A stretch of DNA of 64,000 bases, from positions 32,001 to 96,000 of the forward strand of contig JBGARZ010000019.1 in NCBI GenBank assembly GCA_044229975.1, read 5' to 3'. Both the position numbers and the translations under genes were made by a program. This DNA is from Polyangiales bacterium. Its GTDB lineage: Bacteria > Myxococcota_A > Polyangia > Polyangiales > Ga0077539. A model generated the notes under the pieces. It made no database searches. It had not been told where the DNA came from and saw nothing but the letters and a program-made list of their open reading frames with translations. Each line of letters starts with the position of its first letter. Position 1 is the stretch's first letter. Below, one piece after another: positions 18,893 through 29,828 of the stretch.

Positions 18893-18908
18893 CCGATAGC
18901 TCTATCGG
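18893..18908. promoter_or_regulatory. Perfect inverted repeat, possible operator
   Basis: CCGATAG-CT-CTATCGG, about 50 bp upstream of the REC-EAL start. Confidence 0.35.
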
Positions 18909-18963
18909 CCTATCTCCGATCTCCTTGAGGAGGGCGGGGGCGGAATTGACCCTTGAGGGGCGA

Positions 18964-20523
18964 TTACTGAAACGACTTGGTCGGCGCCATGGCCTCGGCG
19001 CCGTCGACCTTCACCTCGCAGCCGAACACCTCTTCCATGAGGTCGGCCTTGCGGAGGGCGGTCCAGCGTTCGAGGGCGAGGTCCTTCTCGCCCGCGGTGC
19101 GCGGGTTGGGCGTCGCCCGCAGCGCGATGCGACCGGGCGTGATGCGAACGGCGAGGTCGAGCACCTTTCCCTGATGTTCGCGGTCGAAGGCGTCGGCCAC
19201 GCGCAGCAGCGCCGCGAGCTTGCGCACGACCGTCCGCAGGCGCCGATCGAGCTTGCGAAAGCCCGGGTGCGACAGGTCAGGCAACGACTTGCGGTGGTAG
19301 CGCGCGACGTTGGCGACGACCTCCTTCTGCTCGGGCGTGAGGCCCATGAGATCGGAGTGCGTGATGAGGTAGTAGGTGTGCTTGTGGTGCGCGTCGAAGC
19401 CCACGAAGTCGCCCGCGTCGTGCAGGAGGGCGGCGAGCTTGAGCAGCGAGCGCTCCTCGGGGCCGAGGTGGTGCAGGTCGGCGCACTGGTCGAAGAGCGA
19501 CAGCGCCATGGCGGCGACGTGCTGCGCGTGCGCCTCGTCGAAGCGGTACTTGCGACCGAGCGCGAGGGCCTGCGCCTCGACCTCGGCGGCCTCGCCCGGC
19601 ACGTCCCACACCCGAAACGCGCGGTCGACCAGCTCGGCGAGGATGCCGTCCTTCAGGCCGACGCCCGGCGTGACCACGGCCCGCGCGCCCACGGCTTCAG
19701 CCACCGCCGACAGCACGAAGAGCGCAGGAACGATCACGTCGGCGCGGTCGCCCCGGAGGCCGTAGCGCTCGCGGCGCGCCTTCGGGGGGAGGGCGGCCAT
19801 CTCGTCGCGCAGGGTGAGCATGGCGGCGACGTCGATGCCGATGCCGTCGTCGGTGGCGAAGGGGCAGAGCGCGGCGATGGCCTCGGCGTTGCCGCCCGTC
19901 GCGACCACGAGGTCGGGCTTCGCGCCGGGGAGAAACTCGGCCTCGGTGAGCGATCGCTCGATGTACTCGACGAGCAGCGTGCGGCGCTCGACGGAGACGG
20001 CGGCGTCGTGTTCGAGGAAGGCCTCGTGGAGGCGCACGGTGCCCATCGGGAGCGACACCGACGCGTGGGGCGCCTGGTCGGCGAGGAGGGTGAGCTCGAC
20101 GCTGCCGCCGCCGATGTCGACGAGCAGCGCGCGGCGCCCCTTGAGGTCGACGGCGTGGCGCACCGCGACGAGGACGAGGCGGGCCTCCTCGACGCCTTCG
20201 ATGACGTCGAGCTTGATGCCGGCTTCGCGCTCGGCGCGCTCGACGAGGAGGTCGGCGTTTTGTGCTTCGCGCACGGCGCTGGTGGCCACGGCGCGATACC
20301 CGTCGACGCCCGCCTCGCGCATCACGTCGCGGAAGGCCTTGAGCGCGTCGACGGCTTCGAGCGCGGCGGATGGCGCGAGGCGTCCGGTGAGGAAGACATC
20401 GTGCCCGAGGCGGACGGGCGCCCGCTCGGCGGCGACCTCGCGCACCTGATCAGGGGAGGTCGCCTCGACCACCCGGAGGCGCATGGCGTTGGAACCGACG
20501 TCGATGGCGGCGAAGCGCGGCAT
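18964..20523 (-). CDS. ppx: Ppx/GppA exopolyphosphatase with HD domain
   Basis: AAIDVGSNAMRL, ATSAVREA, GVEEARL, DIGGGSVE, RADVI, LLHDAG..HHKH. Confidence 0.92.
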   Translation of the reverse strand: MPRFAAIDVGSNAMRLRVVEATSPDQVREVAAERAPVRLGHDVFLTGRLAPSAALEAVDALKAFRDVMREAGVDGYRAVATSAVREAQNADLLVERAEREAGIKLDVIEGVEEARLVLVAVRHAVDLKGRRALLVDIGGGSVELTLLADQAPHASVSLPMGTVRLHEAFLEHDAAVSVERRTLLVEYIERSLTEAEFLPGAKPDLVVATGGNAEAIAALCPFATDDGIGIDVAAMLTLRDEMAALPPKARRERYGLRGDRADVIVPALFVLSAVAEAVGARAVVTPGVGLKDGILAELVDRAFRVWDVPGEAAEVEAQALALGRKYRFDEAHAQHVAAMALSLFDQCADLHHLGPEERSLLKLAALLHDAGDFVGFDAHHKHTYYLITHSDLMGLTPEQKEVVANVARYHRKSLPDLSHPGFRKLDRRLRTVVRKLAALLRVADAFDREHQGKVLDLAVRITPGRIALRATPNPRTAGEKDLALERWTALRKADLMEEVFGCEVKVDGAEAMAPTKSFQ

Positions 20524-20591
20524 GAGGGTGGCCGTTCACTTACGACAGAACGGGGCGCGGGTGCAGGGCAGTATCGGTGACGAGGGGGCGT

Positions 20592-22190
20592 TCAGCGCGG
20601 GATGACCATGACGACACGCTCGTCCTGGCCGGGGGCGAGGGTCACTCGGCGGGAGATGCTGCGGCCGCCGCGCTGGGAGGCGACGAGGGTGTGCGGTCCG
20701 GGAGCGACGGTGGCGCGCCGGGTGGGGAGCGGGCGCCCGTCGAGGGTGACGTCGCCCCACGGCTGCACGGTGACGGTGAGCGTCGCGGGTTGCACGATGG
20801 TCGGAGGTGGCGCAGCGACGACGACGGGCGGATGGGTTGGCGGCGGCGTCACGGGTGGCGGTGTCACGGGTGGCGGCGTCACGGATGGCGGCTGCGGCGG
20901 CGGGGTGTGGACGACGGCGGGCGGTGGCGCCTGGTCGGCGGGCGTCCCGCGCGTGGCGAACAGCGCGACACCGACGAGCGCCAGGAGGACGAGCGCCGGG
21001 ACGGCCGCGCGGCGCACGAACGAACGCGGGGTGGGCGTGGCCACGGGCGCGCTCGGTGTGGTGGCGGCGAAGGGCAGGCTGGTGGAGGTGGGCTCCGGCG
21101 ACGCGATGGGCGCGACGATCGGCGGCGGCACCGGCGTGAACACGGGCGGCGGGGTGATGGCTGTCTCTTCGCCGCTGGAGGCGTCGTAGACGGCGGTGGG
21201 TTCGGCGAGGGCGCGGCTGGGGCGGGTGGACTCCAGCACGAAGGGCTTCGGCGCGGCCCCGATGGCAGGCGTCACGACCGACGCCTGGTCGGGATAGAAC
21301 TCCGCGAGCAGCGTCGTCAGCGAGCGCCCGCCGGTCGCGAAGGGGATCGTCTGGAGCGCATCGAGGGCGGCCGCCGCCGTGGGGAAGCGCTGCTGCATGT
21401 CGAGCTTGAGCAGCGTGTCGACCCACTTCTCGACGGCGGGAGGGACGTCGGGGCGGAGCGTTCGGAGCGCCGCGCGCTCGCCGCGGAGCATGGTGGAGAT
21501 GACCTCGCGGTCCTTGCCCTGGAAGGGTCGCTGACCCGCGATGAGCTCGTAGGCGCAGATGCCGAGCGCGAAGAGGTCGGTGCGACCGTCGAGGGTTTTT
21601 CCCGTGGCCTGCTCGGGGGCCATGTACGAGAGCTTGCCCTTCACGAGGTCGCCCTGCGTGTGGTGCAGGCGCGAGGTGGCCTTGGCGATGCCGAAGTCCG
21701 AGAGCTTCACCTCGCCCGCGTAGCTGACGAGCACGTTGTGGGGCGTGACGTCGCGGTGGACGATGTCGAGGGCGACGCCGTTGTCGTGCTTGCCGTGGGC
21801 GTACTCCAGGCCGCGCAGCACCTCCGACAGGATGAACAGCGCCGCGTCGATGGGGATGCGCCGCCCCTCGGCGACGAGACGCTTGCCGAGGCGGGCGACG
21901 TCGATGCCGTGCACCCACTCCATGCAGATGTAGAGCTGCCCGTCGGTGCTGCCGAAGTCGTCGATGGCGACGATGTTGCTGTGACGCAGCCGCGAGCAGA
22001 TGCGCGCCTCGTCGATGAACATCTGCACGAAGGACGAGTCGCCGCTGAGGTTGGGGCGGATGCGCTTGATGCAGACCTCGCGGCGGAAATCCATGGCGCC
22101 GCGGCGCTCGCCGAAGAAGATCTCGGCCATGCCCCCCTGGGCGATCTTCTCGCGCAGCACATAGGGCCCGAATCGTTCGCCCTCGTACAT
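20592..22190 (-). CDS. Ser/Thr protein kinase, TM, C-terminal PEGA-like domain
   Basis: Start MYEGERFGPY (ATG 22190); AQGGMAEI, IKRI, HRDVTPHN, SDFG, YMAPEQ, DLFALG. Confidence 0.9.
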   Translation of the reverse strand: MYEGERFGPYVLREKIAQGGMAEIFFGERRGAMDFRREVCIKRIRPNLSGDSSFVQMFIDEARICSRLRHSNIVAIDDFGSTDGQLYICMEWVHGIDVARLGKRLVAEGRRIPIDAALFILSEVLRGLEYAHGKHDNGVALDIVHRDVTPHNVLVSYAGEVKLSDFGIAKATSRLHHTQGDLVKGKLSYMAPEQATGKTLDGRTDLFALGICAYELIAGQRPFQGKDREVISTMLRGERAALRTLRPDVPPAVEKWVDTLLKLDMQQRFPTAAAALDALQTIPFATGGRSLTTLLAEFYPDQASVVTPAIGAAPKPFVLESTRPSRALAEPTAVYDASSGEETAITPPPVFTPVPPPIVAPIASPEPTSTSLPFAATTPSAPVATPTPRSFVRRAAVPALVLLALVGVALFATRGTPADQAPPPAVVHTPPPQPPSVTPPPVTPPPVTPPPTHPPVVVAAPPPTIVQPATLTVTVQPWGDVTLDGRPLPTRRATVAPGPHTLVASQRGGRSISRRVTLAPGQDERVVMVIPR

Positions 22191-22305
22191 TCGAGCGAGC
22201 GTAGAGGGGCGGTGCACAAAGGCCAAGGGGGATGTTGGGGGCGTCCGTGTAGGCGGGCGTTCGGCAGCGGCGGGGGGAGCGGCGGTGAGGTACGGTCGCG
22301 CCGCC

Positions 22306-24168
22306 ATGACGACGACCACCACCGCCTCGCTGGACTCCACCCTGCGCGCGCTCAAGGACGACTTCCTCCGGCTGCACACCACCAAGGAAGACCTCTTCTG
22401 GTCCGCGAAGATGGGCCTCGCCGACGACCCCGACGCCGCCCAGAAGGCGCTCTCGGTCGCCGAGGTCGCCATGAACCGCTTCCTCCAGGACCCCGCCGCC
22501 CTCGGTCGTCTGCGCTCTCTGCGCGCCACCGACGAAGGCACCGCCGCGCAGCGCCACGTACTCGACGGCTGGATCGCCCTCTTCGCCGCCAACAGCATCG
22601 AGAGCCCCGAGGCGCGCGCCCTCTCCGAGGAGATCGTCCACCTCGAAGGCGAGGTGCAGCGCGCTCGCGGTCAGATGAAGCTCGGGTTCATCGACCCGGC
22701 GACGGGGGAGTTCGAGGCAGCGGGCAGCAACAAGCTCTCGCTCATGTTGCGCAACGACCCCGACCCCAAGCGTCGGCGCGCCGCGTACGAGGGCCTGCGC
22801 TCCATCGAGACCTTCGTGCTGGAGAAGGGCTTCCTCGACGTGGTGAAGAAGCGCAACGCCCTCGGGCGCATGCTCGGCCACTCGGACTACTACGCGTGGA
22901 GGGTTCACACCGTCGAGCGCATGACGAAGGCCGAGCTCTTCGGCGCCCTCGACGACCTCGCCGCCCGCACCGCCGACCGCGCCCGCACGGAGCTCGCGGC
23001 CTTCGAGAAGCAGCACGGCCCCGGCTCCCTCGACCCCTGGAACTTCCTCTTCCTCCGCGCAGGCAAGCTCGCCGCCGCGCTCGATCCGTACTTCGGCTTC
23101 GGCCCGGCGGTGCGCCGCTGGGGGCGCTCGTTCGCGGCGCTGGGCGTCCGCTTCCGCGGGGCGACGCTGACGCTCGACCTCGTCGACCGCGCGGGCAAGT
23201 ACGAAAACGGCTTCATGCACGGCCCCGGCATCGGCTTCTCCGACGACGGCGTGTGGCGCCCGGCGCGCATCAACTTCACCGCCAACGCCGTGCGCGGTGC
23301 GGTGGGCAGCGGGCTGCGTGCGAGCGAGACGCTCTTCCATGAAGGCGGCCACGCGGCGCACTTCAGCAACATCGACGGCGACGCGCCGTGCTTCGCGCAG
23401 GAGTTCGCGCCGACCTCGGTGGCCTACGCCGAGACGCAGTCGATGTTCATGGACTCGATGCTGGAGGACGCGGACTGGCGCGCGCGCTACCTCACCGACG
23501 CCGCGGGCAACCCCATCCCGACGGCGCTCATCGAGGAGGCCATCGCCGAGTCGCAGCCGATGAAGCCGTGGGACATCCGCGCGATGCTCACCGTCCCGAT
23601 GGCCGAGCGGCGGCTCTACGAGCTCTCCGACGACGAGCTGACGCCGGAGCGGGTGCTGAGGATGTTCCGCGAGGTGGAGGTGGAGCTTCAGGGGCTGAGC
23701 AGCGGGACGCGCCCGGTGCTGGCCGTTCCGCACCTGCTCGCGGGCGAGGCGAGCGCCTACTACCACGGCTATGTGATGGCCGAGATGGCGGTGCACCAGA
23801 CGCGCGCCTTCTTCCTCCAGCGCGACGGGCACCTCGTGGACAACCCGAAGATCGGGCCCGACCTCGCGAAGCACTACTGGTCGCCGGGCAACGCCGTGAC
23901 CTTCAACGACACGCTGCGCTCGCTCACCGGGTCAGCCCTGTCAGCGGACGCCATCGTCGCCAACTGCAACCTCACCGTCGACGAGGCCGTGGCGCAGGGT
24001 CGCGCGTCCATCGCGAAGCTGCCGGGCATCAAGGCCCACGAAGGGCCGATCGACCTCAACGTGACCGTGCGGTTGATGCACGGGCGCGAGCTCATCGGCA
24101 GCTCGGAGGGCTCGACCTTCGAGCGCGTCGCCGACGACTTCGAGGCGTGGATCGGTCGCGAGGCGTGA
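22306..24168 (+). CDS. M3-family metallo-oligopeptidase
   Basis: LFHEGGHAAH zinc motif, AETQSMF third ligand, DR.GKYENGF, H..AYYHGY. Confidence 0.85.
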   Translation: MTTTTTASLDSTLRALKDDFLRLHTTKEDLFWSAKMGLADDPDAAQKALSVAEVAMNRFLQDPAALGRLRSLRATDEGTAAQRHVLDGWIALFAANSIESPEARALSEEIVHLEGEVQRARGQMKLGFIDPATGEFEAAGSNKLSLMLRNDPDPKRRRAAYEGLRSIETFVLEKGFLDVVKKRNALGRMLGHSDYYAWRVHTVERMTKAELFGALDDLAARTADRARTELAAFEKQHGPGSLDPWNFLFLRAGKLAAALDPYFGFGPAVRRWGRSFAALGVRFRGATLTLDLVDRAGKYENGFMHGPGIGFSDDGVWRPARINFTANAVRGAVGSGLRASETLFHEGGHAAHFSNIDGDAPCFAQEFAPTSVAYAETQSMFMDSMLEDADWRARYLTDAAGNPIPTALIEEAIAESQPMKPWDIRAMLTVPMAERRLYELSDDELTPERVLRMFREVEVELQGLSSGTRPVLAVPHLLAGEASAYYHGYVMAEMAVHQTRAFFLQRDGHLVDNPKIGPDLAKHYWSPGNAVTFNDTLRSLTGSALSADAIVANCNLTVDEAVAQGRASIAKLPGIKAHEGPIDLNVTVRLMHGRELIGSSEGSTFERVADDFEAWIGREA

Positions 24169-25313
24169 GCGTTCCAGGTTCGCTGAGGTTCTTCGCGACG
24201 GCGGCCAAGGGCACGGAGCCGGCGCTGCGAGACGAGCTGCGCGCGATGCGCTTCTGGCACGTTCGCGCCGACCGCGGCGGGGTGCACTTCGAGGGCGCGC
24301 TCGCGGACGGGATGCGCGCGTGCCTCCACAGCCGCATCGCGATGCGGGTGCTGCTGGAGCGCGGTCGCTTCGCGGCGAAGGGCGAGCAGGCGCTCTACGA
24401 CGGCGTTCGGGCGCTCGGCTGGAACGACCAGGTCACCCCGAAGCACACCGTCGCGGTGTCGGCGACGTGCCGCAGCTCGCAGCTCACGCACTCGCAGTTC
24501 ATCGCCCTGAAGGTGAAGGACGCGATCGTCGACGAGGTGCGCGACCTGCACGGGCGGCGCCCCGACGTCGACCCGAAGACGCCCGACGTCTCGGTGGTGG
24601 TGCGGCTGGTGAAGGACGAGGCCACCGTGTACCTCGACCTCGCGGGCGAGGCGCTGCACAAGCGCGGCTACCGCGTGGCGACGGTCGAGGCCGTGATGAA
24701 GGAGAACCTCGCGGCGGCCGTGCTGCGCATGGGCGGCTGGGACGCGACGACCGACCTCATCGACCCGGTGTGCGGCGCCGGGACGCTCGCCATCGAGGCG
24801 GCGATGATGGCGTGCCGCGTGGCGCCCGGACTGCGCCGACGCTTCGGCTTCGAGCGGTGGCCGACCTTCGACCAGAGCGCCTCCAACGAGTGGGAGGCGA
24901 TGCTCGAAGCGGCCAACGCGGCGGTGCTCACCGAGTGCCCGGTGAAGATCACGGCCACGGACGTGGCACCCGAGGCCGTCGACGTGACGAAGCACAACCT
25001 CGCGGCGGCGGGCGTGGCGGGCGCCGTCACGGTGCAGCGGCGGGACGCGCGCTCGTACGCACAAGAAGACGGTCCGGCGTGGGTGGTGGCTGATCCGCCG
25101 TACGGCGGGAGGTTGGCCGCGCAGCCGTTGCAGCTCGCGGGCTTCTTCCGTCAGTGGGGCGAGTCGATGCGCGCGATGACGGGGAGCACGGTGGTGCTCA
25201 TCTCGGGCAACCCGATGGTGGAGCGCAACCTCGGGCTGAAGCCCGACCTGGAGCACACGCTCTACAACGGCGACATCGAGTGCCGGCTGCTGCGCTACCG
25301 GATTGGTGCGTAG
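24165..25313 (+). CDS. THUMP-domain RNA methyltransferase (RlmL-like)
   Basis: GVHFEG, SRIAMRVL, LHKRGYR..KENLAAA, DPVCGAGT, DPPYG; GTGA overlap with peptidase. Confidence 0.88.
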   Translation: MSVPGSLRFFATAAKGTEPALRDELRAMRFWHVRADRGGVHFEGALADGMRACLHSRIAMRVLLERGRFAAKGEQALYDGVRALGWNDQVTPKHTVAVSATCRSSQLTHSQFIALKVKDAIVDEVRDLHGRRPDVDPKTPDVSVVVRLVKDEATVYLDLAGEALHKRGYRVATVEAVMKENLAAAVLRMGGWDATTDLIDPVCGAGTLAIEAAMMACRVAPGLRRRFGFERWPTFDQSASNEWEAMLEAANAAVLTECPVKITATDVAPEAVDVTKHNLAAAGVAGAVTVQRRDARSYAQEDGPAWVVADPPYGGRLAAQPLQLAGFFRQWGESMRAMTGSTVVLISGNPMVERNLGLKPDLEHTLYNGDIECRLLRYRIGA

Positions 25314-25371
25314 GGGGGGGAGGGAACCCTCGGCTGCGGTCAGGTGACGCAGCCGAGGCGAGGGCGGCGGG

Positions 25372-27558
25372 TCACTTCACGAAGAGCAGCTCGCGGTACG
25401 ACGGGATCGGCCAGAGGTGGGCGCCGATGCGGGTCTCCAGCTCGTCACCGAGGCGGCGCAGCTCGGACATCAGCGGGACGACCTTGGTCTTCAGGTACGT
25501 AGCGTGACGGGCAGCGTCGCCGTCCTCGTGGTTGTCGGCCTCGTCGACCGCCGCGAGTGTCTGGTTGAAGCGCGTCGCGAGGTCGACGAACGCGCGGAGC
25601 TGCGCGATGGTGTCGGGGCTCTCGACGCCCGCCGCCTTGCAGGCCGCGACCGACTGGGCGAGCTCCGTCTGCTGGGCGAGCGCCGCGGCGGCGATCACCT
25701 GGCGCCCGAGGAGCACCATCGCTTCGGACTCGATGAGCAGCTCCTTTGCGTACTTCTCCTGGGCGATGTGCACGCGGCTCTCGACCTCGGTGGCGCTGAG
25801 CACGCGGTACTTCTCGAAGAGCGCGATGTTCTTCGCGGCGCCGAGGGCGGGGATGGCGGTGAGGCAGTCGCGGAGGTTGGGCAGGCCGCGGCGCTCGGCC
25901 TCGGCGTGCCACTCGGCGGAGTAGCCGTCGCCGTTGAAGATCACGCGCTTGTGCTTCTTGATGATGTCCTGGAGGAGCGTCGTGACGGCTCCGCGGACCT
26001 TGTCCTTGTCGCCGCCGCTGGCCTTCTCCAGCTCGGTGGCGACGTAGTCGAGCGACTCGGCGACGATGGTGTTGAGCACCGTCGTCGGCCACGCCACCGT
26101 CTGCCCCGAGCCCACCGCGCGAAACTCGAACTTGTTGCCCGTGAACGCGAAGGGCGAGGTGCGGTTGCGGTCGCCGGAGTCGCGCGGAATCTGCGGGAGC
26201 GAGCTCGTCCCGAGGTTGATGGCGCCGCCCTTCATGGTGCGCTCGGACACGCCGCGCTCGAGCTGCTCGATGATGTCCGTGAGCATGTCGCCGAGGAAGA
26301 TGGAGATGATCGCCGGCGGGGCCTCGTTGGCGCCGAGGCGGTGGTCGTTGGAGGCCGACGCGACGGACGAGCGCAGCAGGTCGCCGTGCAGGTCGACGGC
26401 GCGCACGACGGCGCAGAGCACCACGAGGAAGGCCGTGTTGGTGTGGGTGTCGTCGCGCGGGTCGAGGAGGTTGGTGCCGGCGTCGGTGGCGAGCGACCAG
26501 TTGAGGTGCTTGCCCGAGCCGTTGACGCCCGCGAAGGGCTTCTCGTGCAGCAGCGCCTGGAACCCGTGACCGTGCGCCACGCGGCGCAGCGTCTCCATCA
26601 CGAGCATCTGGTGGTCGCAGGCGATGTTGGCCGTCTCGAAGATCGGCGCGAGCTCGAACTGCCCCGGCGCGACTTCATTGTGGCGGGTCTTCACCGGCAC
26701 GCCGACGCGGTACAGCTCGCGCTCGACGTCGCCCATGAACGCGAGGACGCGCGGCGGGATGGCGCCGAAGTAGTGGTCTTCGAGCTGCTGCCCCTTCGGC
26801 GGCTTGGCGCCGAAGAGGGTGCGCTCGCAGGTCATGAGGTCGGGGCGCGCGGCGTAGAGGTTGCGGTCGACGAGGAAGTACTCCTGCTCGCAGCCCGCGG
26901 TGGCCACCACGCGGGAGACGCCCGCGTCGGCGCCGAGCACGCGCAGCACGCGCAGGGCGTGGTGCGAGAGCGCATCCATGGAGCGCAGGAGGGGGGTCTT
27001 CTGGTCGAGCGCGGCGCCCGTCCACGACACGAAGGCGGTCGGGATGACGAGGGTGACCTCGCCGGCGTTGCGCATGAGGAAGGCGGGGCTGGTCGCGTCC
27101 CAGGCGGTGTAGCCGCGGGCCTCGAAGGTGGCGCGCAGGCCGCCCGACGGGAAGCTCGACGCGTCGGGCTCGCTCTGCACGAGCTCCGAGCCGGAGAGGG
27201 TGAACTGCACGCTGCCGCGGCCGTCGATGCTGATGAGCGCGTCGTGCTTCTCGGCGGTGGAGCCGGTCAGCGGTTGAAACCAGTGGGTGTAGTGGGTCGC
27301 GCCGTTTTCGACGGCCCACTCCTTCATCGCGCACGCGACCGTGTCGGCGACCTGCGGGGCGAGGGGCTCGCCCTGTTCGAGGGTGCGGAGCAGCGCGCGG
27401 TAGGTGCTCTTGGGCAGGCGCCGCTGCATCTCGGCGCGCGAGAAGACGTCGGCCCCGAAGGCCTCGTCGACGGGCAGCCCCCCGGCCGGACGCGGCGGGT
27501 TCTCGGGGCGGGAAATGGCGGCGGAGATGGCCTTGTGGCGTTGGTCGGCGGTGATCAT
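25372..27558 (-). CDS. glnA: Glutamine synthetase type III
   Basis: [81 protein letters not shown]; start ATG 27558. Confidence 0.95.
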   Translation of the reverse strand: MITADQRHKAISAAISRPENPPRPAGGLPVDEAFGADVFSRAEMQRRLPKSTYRALLRTLEQGEPLAPQVADTVACAMKEWAVENGATHYTHWFQPLTGSTAEKHDALISIDGRGSVQFTLSGSELVQSEPDASSFPSGGLRATFEARGYTAWDATSPAFLMRNAGEVTLVIPTAFVSWTGAALDQKTPLLRSMDALSHHALRVLRVLGADAGVSRVVATAGCEQEYFLVDRNLYAARPDLMTCERTLFGAKPPKGQQLEDHYFGAIPPRVLAFMGDVERELYRVGVPVKTRHNEVAPGQFELAPIFETANIACDHQMLVMETLRRVAHGHGFQALLHEKPFAGVNGSGKHLNWSLATDAGTNLLDPRDDTHTNTAFLVVLCAVVRAVDLHGDLLRSSVASASNDHRLGANEAPPAIISIFLGDMLTDIIEQLERGVSERTMKGGAINLGTSSLPQIPRDSGDRNRTSPFAFTGNKFEFRAVGSGQTVAWPTTVLNTIVAESLDYVATELEKASGGDKDKVRGAVTTLLQDIIKKHKRVIFNGDGYSAEWHAEAERRGLPNLRDCLTAIPALGAAKNIALFEKYRVLSATEVESRVHIAQEKYAKELLIESEAMVLLGRQVIAAAALAQQTELAQSVAACKAAGVESPDTIAQLRAFVDLATRFNQTLAAVDEADNHEDGDAARHATYLKTKVVPLMSELRRLGDELETRIGAHLWPIPSYRELLFVK

Positions 27559-27751
27559 GACGGGTCCATCCTTGCGGCCCCCACGGTCGGGGGGGGTTGG
27601 GGTGACAGCGAGCAGGCGTCGTCGGGTGGCGTCGACCGGTGAGTTGGCGCGCGCGGGCCGGTACGCTCTCAAGGCGCTTGCCGCGGTGTCAAGCTCCTCG
27701 TTGCTGCACTGCGGCATCGACGTGCGAACCGCGGTTGATAGAGTGCGCCGC

Positions 27752-28765
27752 GTGAAGCGAGTCGCGCGTTGGTTGGCCGTCGGCGGGTTGGGGGTGCTGG
27801 TCGTAGGGTGCGGTGACGAGGCGGGCGGCACGCGGCCGACCCCCGACGCGGGCTCCCGCTGCGAGGGGCTGTGCGGCTGCGCGCAGGCGGGGCCGCCGGA
27901 CATCACCCGCGCGGGCTCCGGGATGCCCGCGGAGTCGTCCACCGACGATCAGCGGGCTGCGCTCCAGCGGGCCAACCTGTGGCGCACGTCGGCGGGTCTC
28001 GCGCCGCTCAACGCGCACGCGCTGCTGGAGCAGGCGGCGACGGCGCACTCGGAGTTCATGGTGGGCAACGCGTCGAGCTGCTGGCCAGGCGCGCACAACG
28101 AGGTGATGAGCGCGAGCTGTCGCGGGTTCACCGGCGCCGCGCCCGGTGCGCGCGCGACGGCGGCGGGGTACCGACCGGCCGCGTTGGGCGAGGTCATCAA
28201 CTGGGAGTCGACGCCCGCGGCCGCCATCGACGGCTGGATCTGGACCGTCTACCACCGCTTCCCCTTCGTGAACCCCGACTACACGGAGGTCGGCTTCGCC
28301 GCCGTGCCGGGCACCTTCAGCGGGCGGCGCACCAACTTCAACACGATGGAGTTCGCGCGGCCGTCGGGCGAGCCCACCGCGGTGCTCACCGAGCCCGCCG
28401 TGTTTCCGCCGCCGGGTCAGTCCGACGTGCCGGTGCTCTTCCGCGGCAACCTGGAGGGCCCGACCCCGCCGCTGCCCGCCACGGGTCGCTGGCCGAGCGG
28501 ACCGGTCATCACGGTGACCTTCCCGTCGACGGAGTTCGAGCTGACGGTGCACAAGATCTACGACGTGTCGTGCGCCGAGGTGCCGAGCTCGTACTTCACC
28601 GCGCGCACCAGCACGGACAGCAACGTGCGCAACCTCGCGCGGCGCATCGCGTTCTTCTACCCCGACGAGCCGCTCGCGGCGTCGAGCGAGTACACCGTCG
28701 AGGCGCGCGGAACGGTCGACGGACAGCCGTGGTCGAGGGTCTGGCGCTTCACCACCGCGAGGTGA
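27752..28765 (+). CDS. CAP/SCP-domain lipoprotein with C-terminal Ig-like domain
   Basis: Lipobox [35 protein letters not shown]; ends W.FTT. Confidence 0.8.
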   Translation: MKRVARWLAVGGLGVLVVGCGDEAGGTRPTPDAGSRCEGLCGCAQAGPPDITRAGSGMPAESSTDDQRAALQRANLWRTSAGLAPLNAHALLEQAATAHSEFMVGNASSCWPGAHNEVMSASCRGFTGAAPGARATAAGYRPAALGEVINWESTPAAAIDGWIWTVYHRFPFVNPDYTEVGFAAVPGTFSGRRTNFNTMEFARPSGEPTAVLTEPAVFPPPGQSDVPVLFRGNLEGPTPPLPATGRWPSGPVITVTFPSTEFELTVHKIYDVSCAEVPSSYFTARTSTDSNVRNLARRIAFFYPDEPLAASSEYTVEARGTVDGQPWSRVWRFTTAR

Positions 28766-28776
28766 AGGCTACGGGC

Positions 28777-29718
28777 ATGACCCACTCGTTCAAGCCGGTC
28801 TCGCCGCGTGAGGTGCCGCGCTTCGCCGGCGTGTCGACCTTCCTCCGACTACCCCTGCACGACGACCCGCGCGACGTCGACGCGCTCATCATCGGCGCAC
28901 CCTTCGACGGCGGAACCACCTACCGCCCCGGCGCTCGCTTCGGGCCGCGCGGCGTTCGGCAGGCGAGCGCGCTCACTCGCGGCTTCCACCCCGACCCCGA
29001 CATCGACCTCTTCGAGACGCTGCGCTGCGCCGACGGCGGCGACGTCGCGTGCGTCCCGATGGACATGGCGCTGTCCCTCGCGCGCATCGAAGCGCGCGTC
29101 GCGGAGATCGCCGCGGCGGGTGCCGTGAGCGCGGTCATCGGCGGTGATCACACGTGTTCGCTGCCTGCGATCAGGGCGCTCGCGAAGGTGCACGGGCCGC
29201 TCGGGCTGGTGCACTTCGACGCGCACAGCGACACGTACCCGGCGGCGTGGGGCATCGACCCGCACCACGGAACGATCTTCCGCAACATGGTCGAGGAAGG
29301 CCTCGTGCGCGGCGGCGACGTGCTCCAGATCGGCATTCGGGGACCGTTCTCGACGCGCGACGATCTGGCCTTCGCGAAGGCTGCGGGCTTCACGGTGTTG
29401 AGCGCGGAGGACGTCCATCGCGACCTCGACGGCGTCATCGCGCGCATCGCGGGACTCACTCCGAACAAGCCCTACTACGTGAGCTTCGACGTCGACGCCG
29501 TGGACCCCTCGATGGCACCTGGGACGGGCACGCCGGTGCCCGGCGGGCTCTTCTCGTGGCAGGCGCTGGCCATGGTCAGGGCAACAAAATCACTTCGCGT
29601 CGTGGGCTGTGATGTCATGGAAGTGTCGCCCGATTTCGACGTCAATCAGATGACATCTCTCCTCGGGGCCAATGTTCTCGCAGAAATGTTGGCAGCCATC
29701 GCCGCCCACCGGCGCTGA
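28777..29718 (+). CDS. speB: Agmatinase (ureohydrolase family)
   Basis: GAPFDGGTTYRPGARFGP, GGDHT, HFDAHSD, SFDVDAVDP..APGTGTP, EVSP. Confidence 0.88.
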   Translation: MTHSFKPVSPREVPRFAGVSTFLRLPLHDDPRDVDALIIGAPFDGGTTYRPGARFGPRGVRQASALTRGFHPDPDIDLFETLRCADGGDVACVPMDMALSLARIEARVAEIAAAGAVSAVIGGDHTCSLPAIRALAKVHGPLGLVHFDAHSDTYPAAWGIDPHHGTIFRNMVEEGLVRGGDVLQIGIRGPFSTRDDLAFAKAAGFTVLSAEDVHRDLDGVIARIAGLTPNKPYYVSFDVDAVDPSMAPGTGTPVPGGLFSWQALAMVRATKSLRVVGCDVMEVSPDFDVNQMTSLLGANVLAEMLAAIAAHRR

Positions 29719-29828
29719 GGCCGACCCACTGTCAAATACCTGGCAGGTTACCCCTGCCTCCACTCTCCCACGGAACGTCTCGACCCCCCCTTCAAAGCCG
29801 CTTCGAGTCGGCCGATGTGTTGAGGGCG

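Noticed and set aside
23388..25313. Apparent long N-terminal extensions or fusions (also 11581-12480, 27871-29718, 25372-27942, 36906-38825, 20592-22598)
   Set aside because: The extensions are low-complexity alternate-frame read-through of neighbouring genes; downstream starts match family lengths and overlaps
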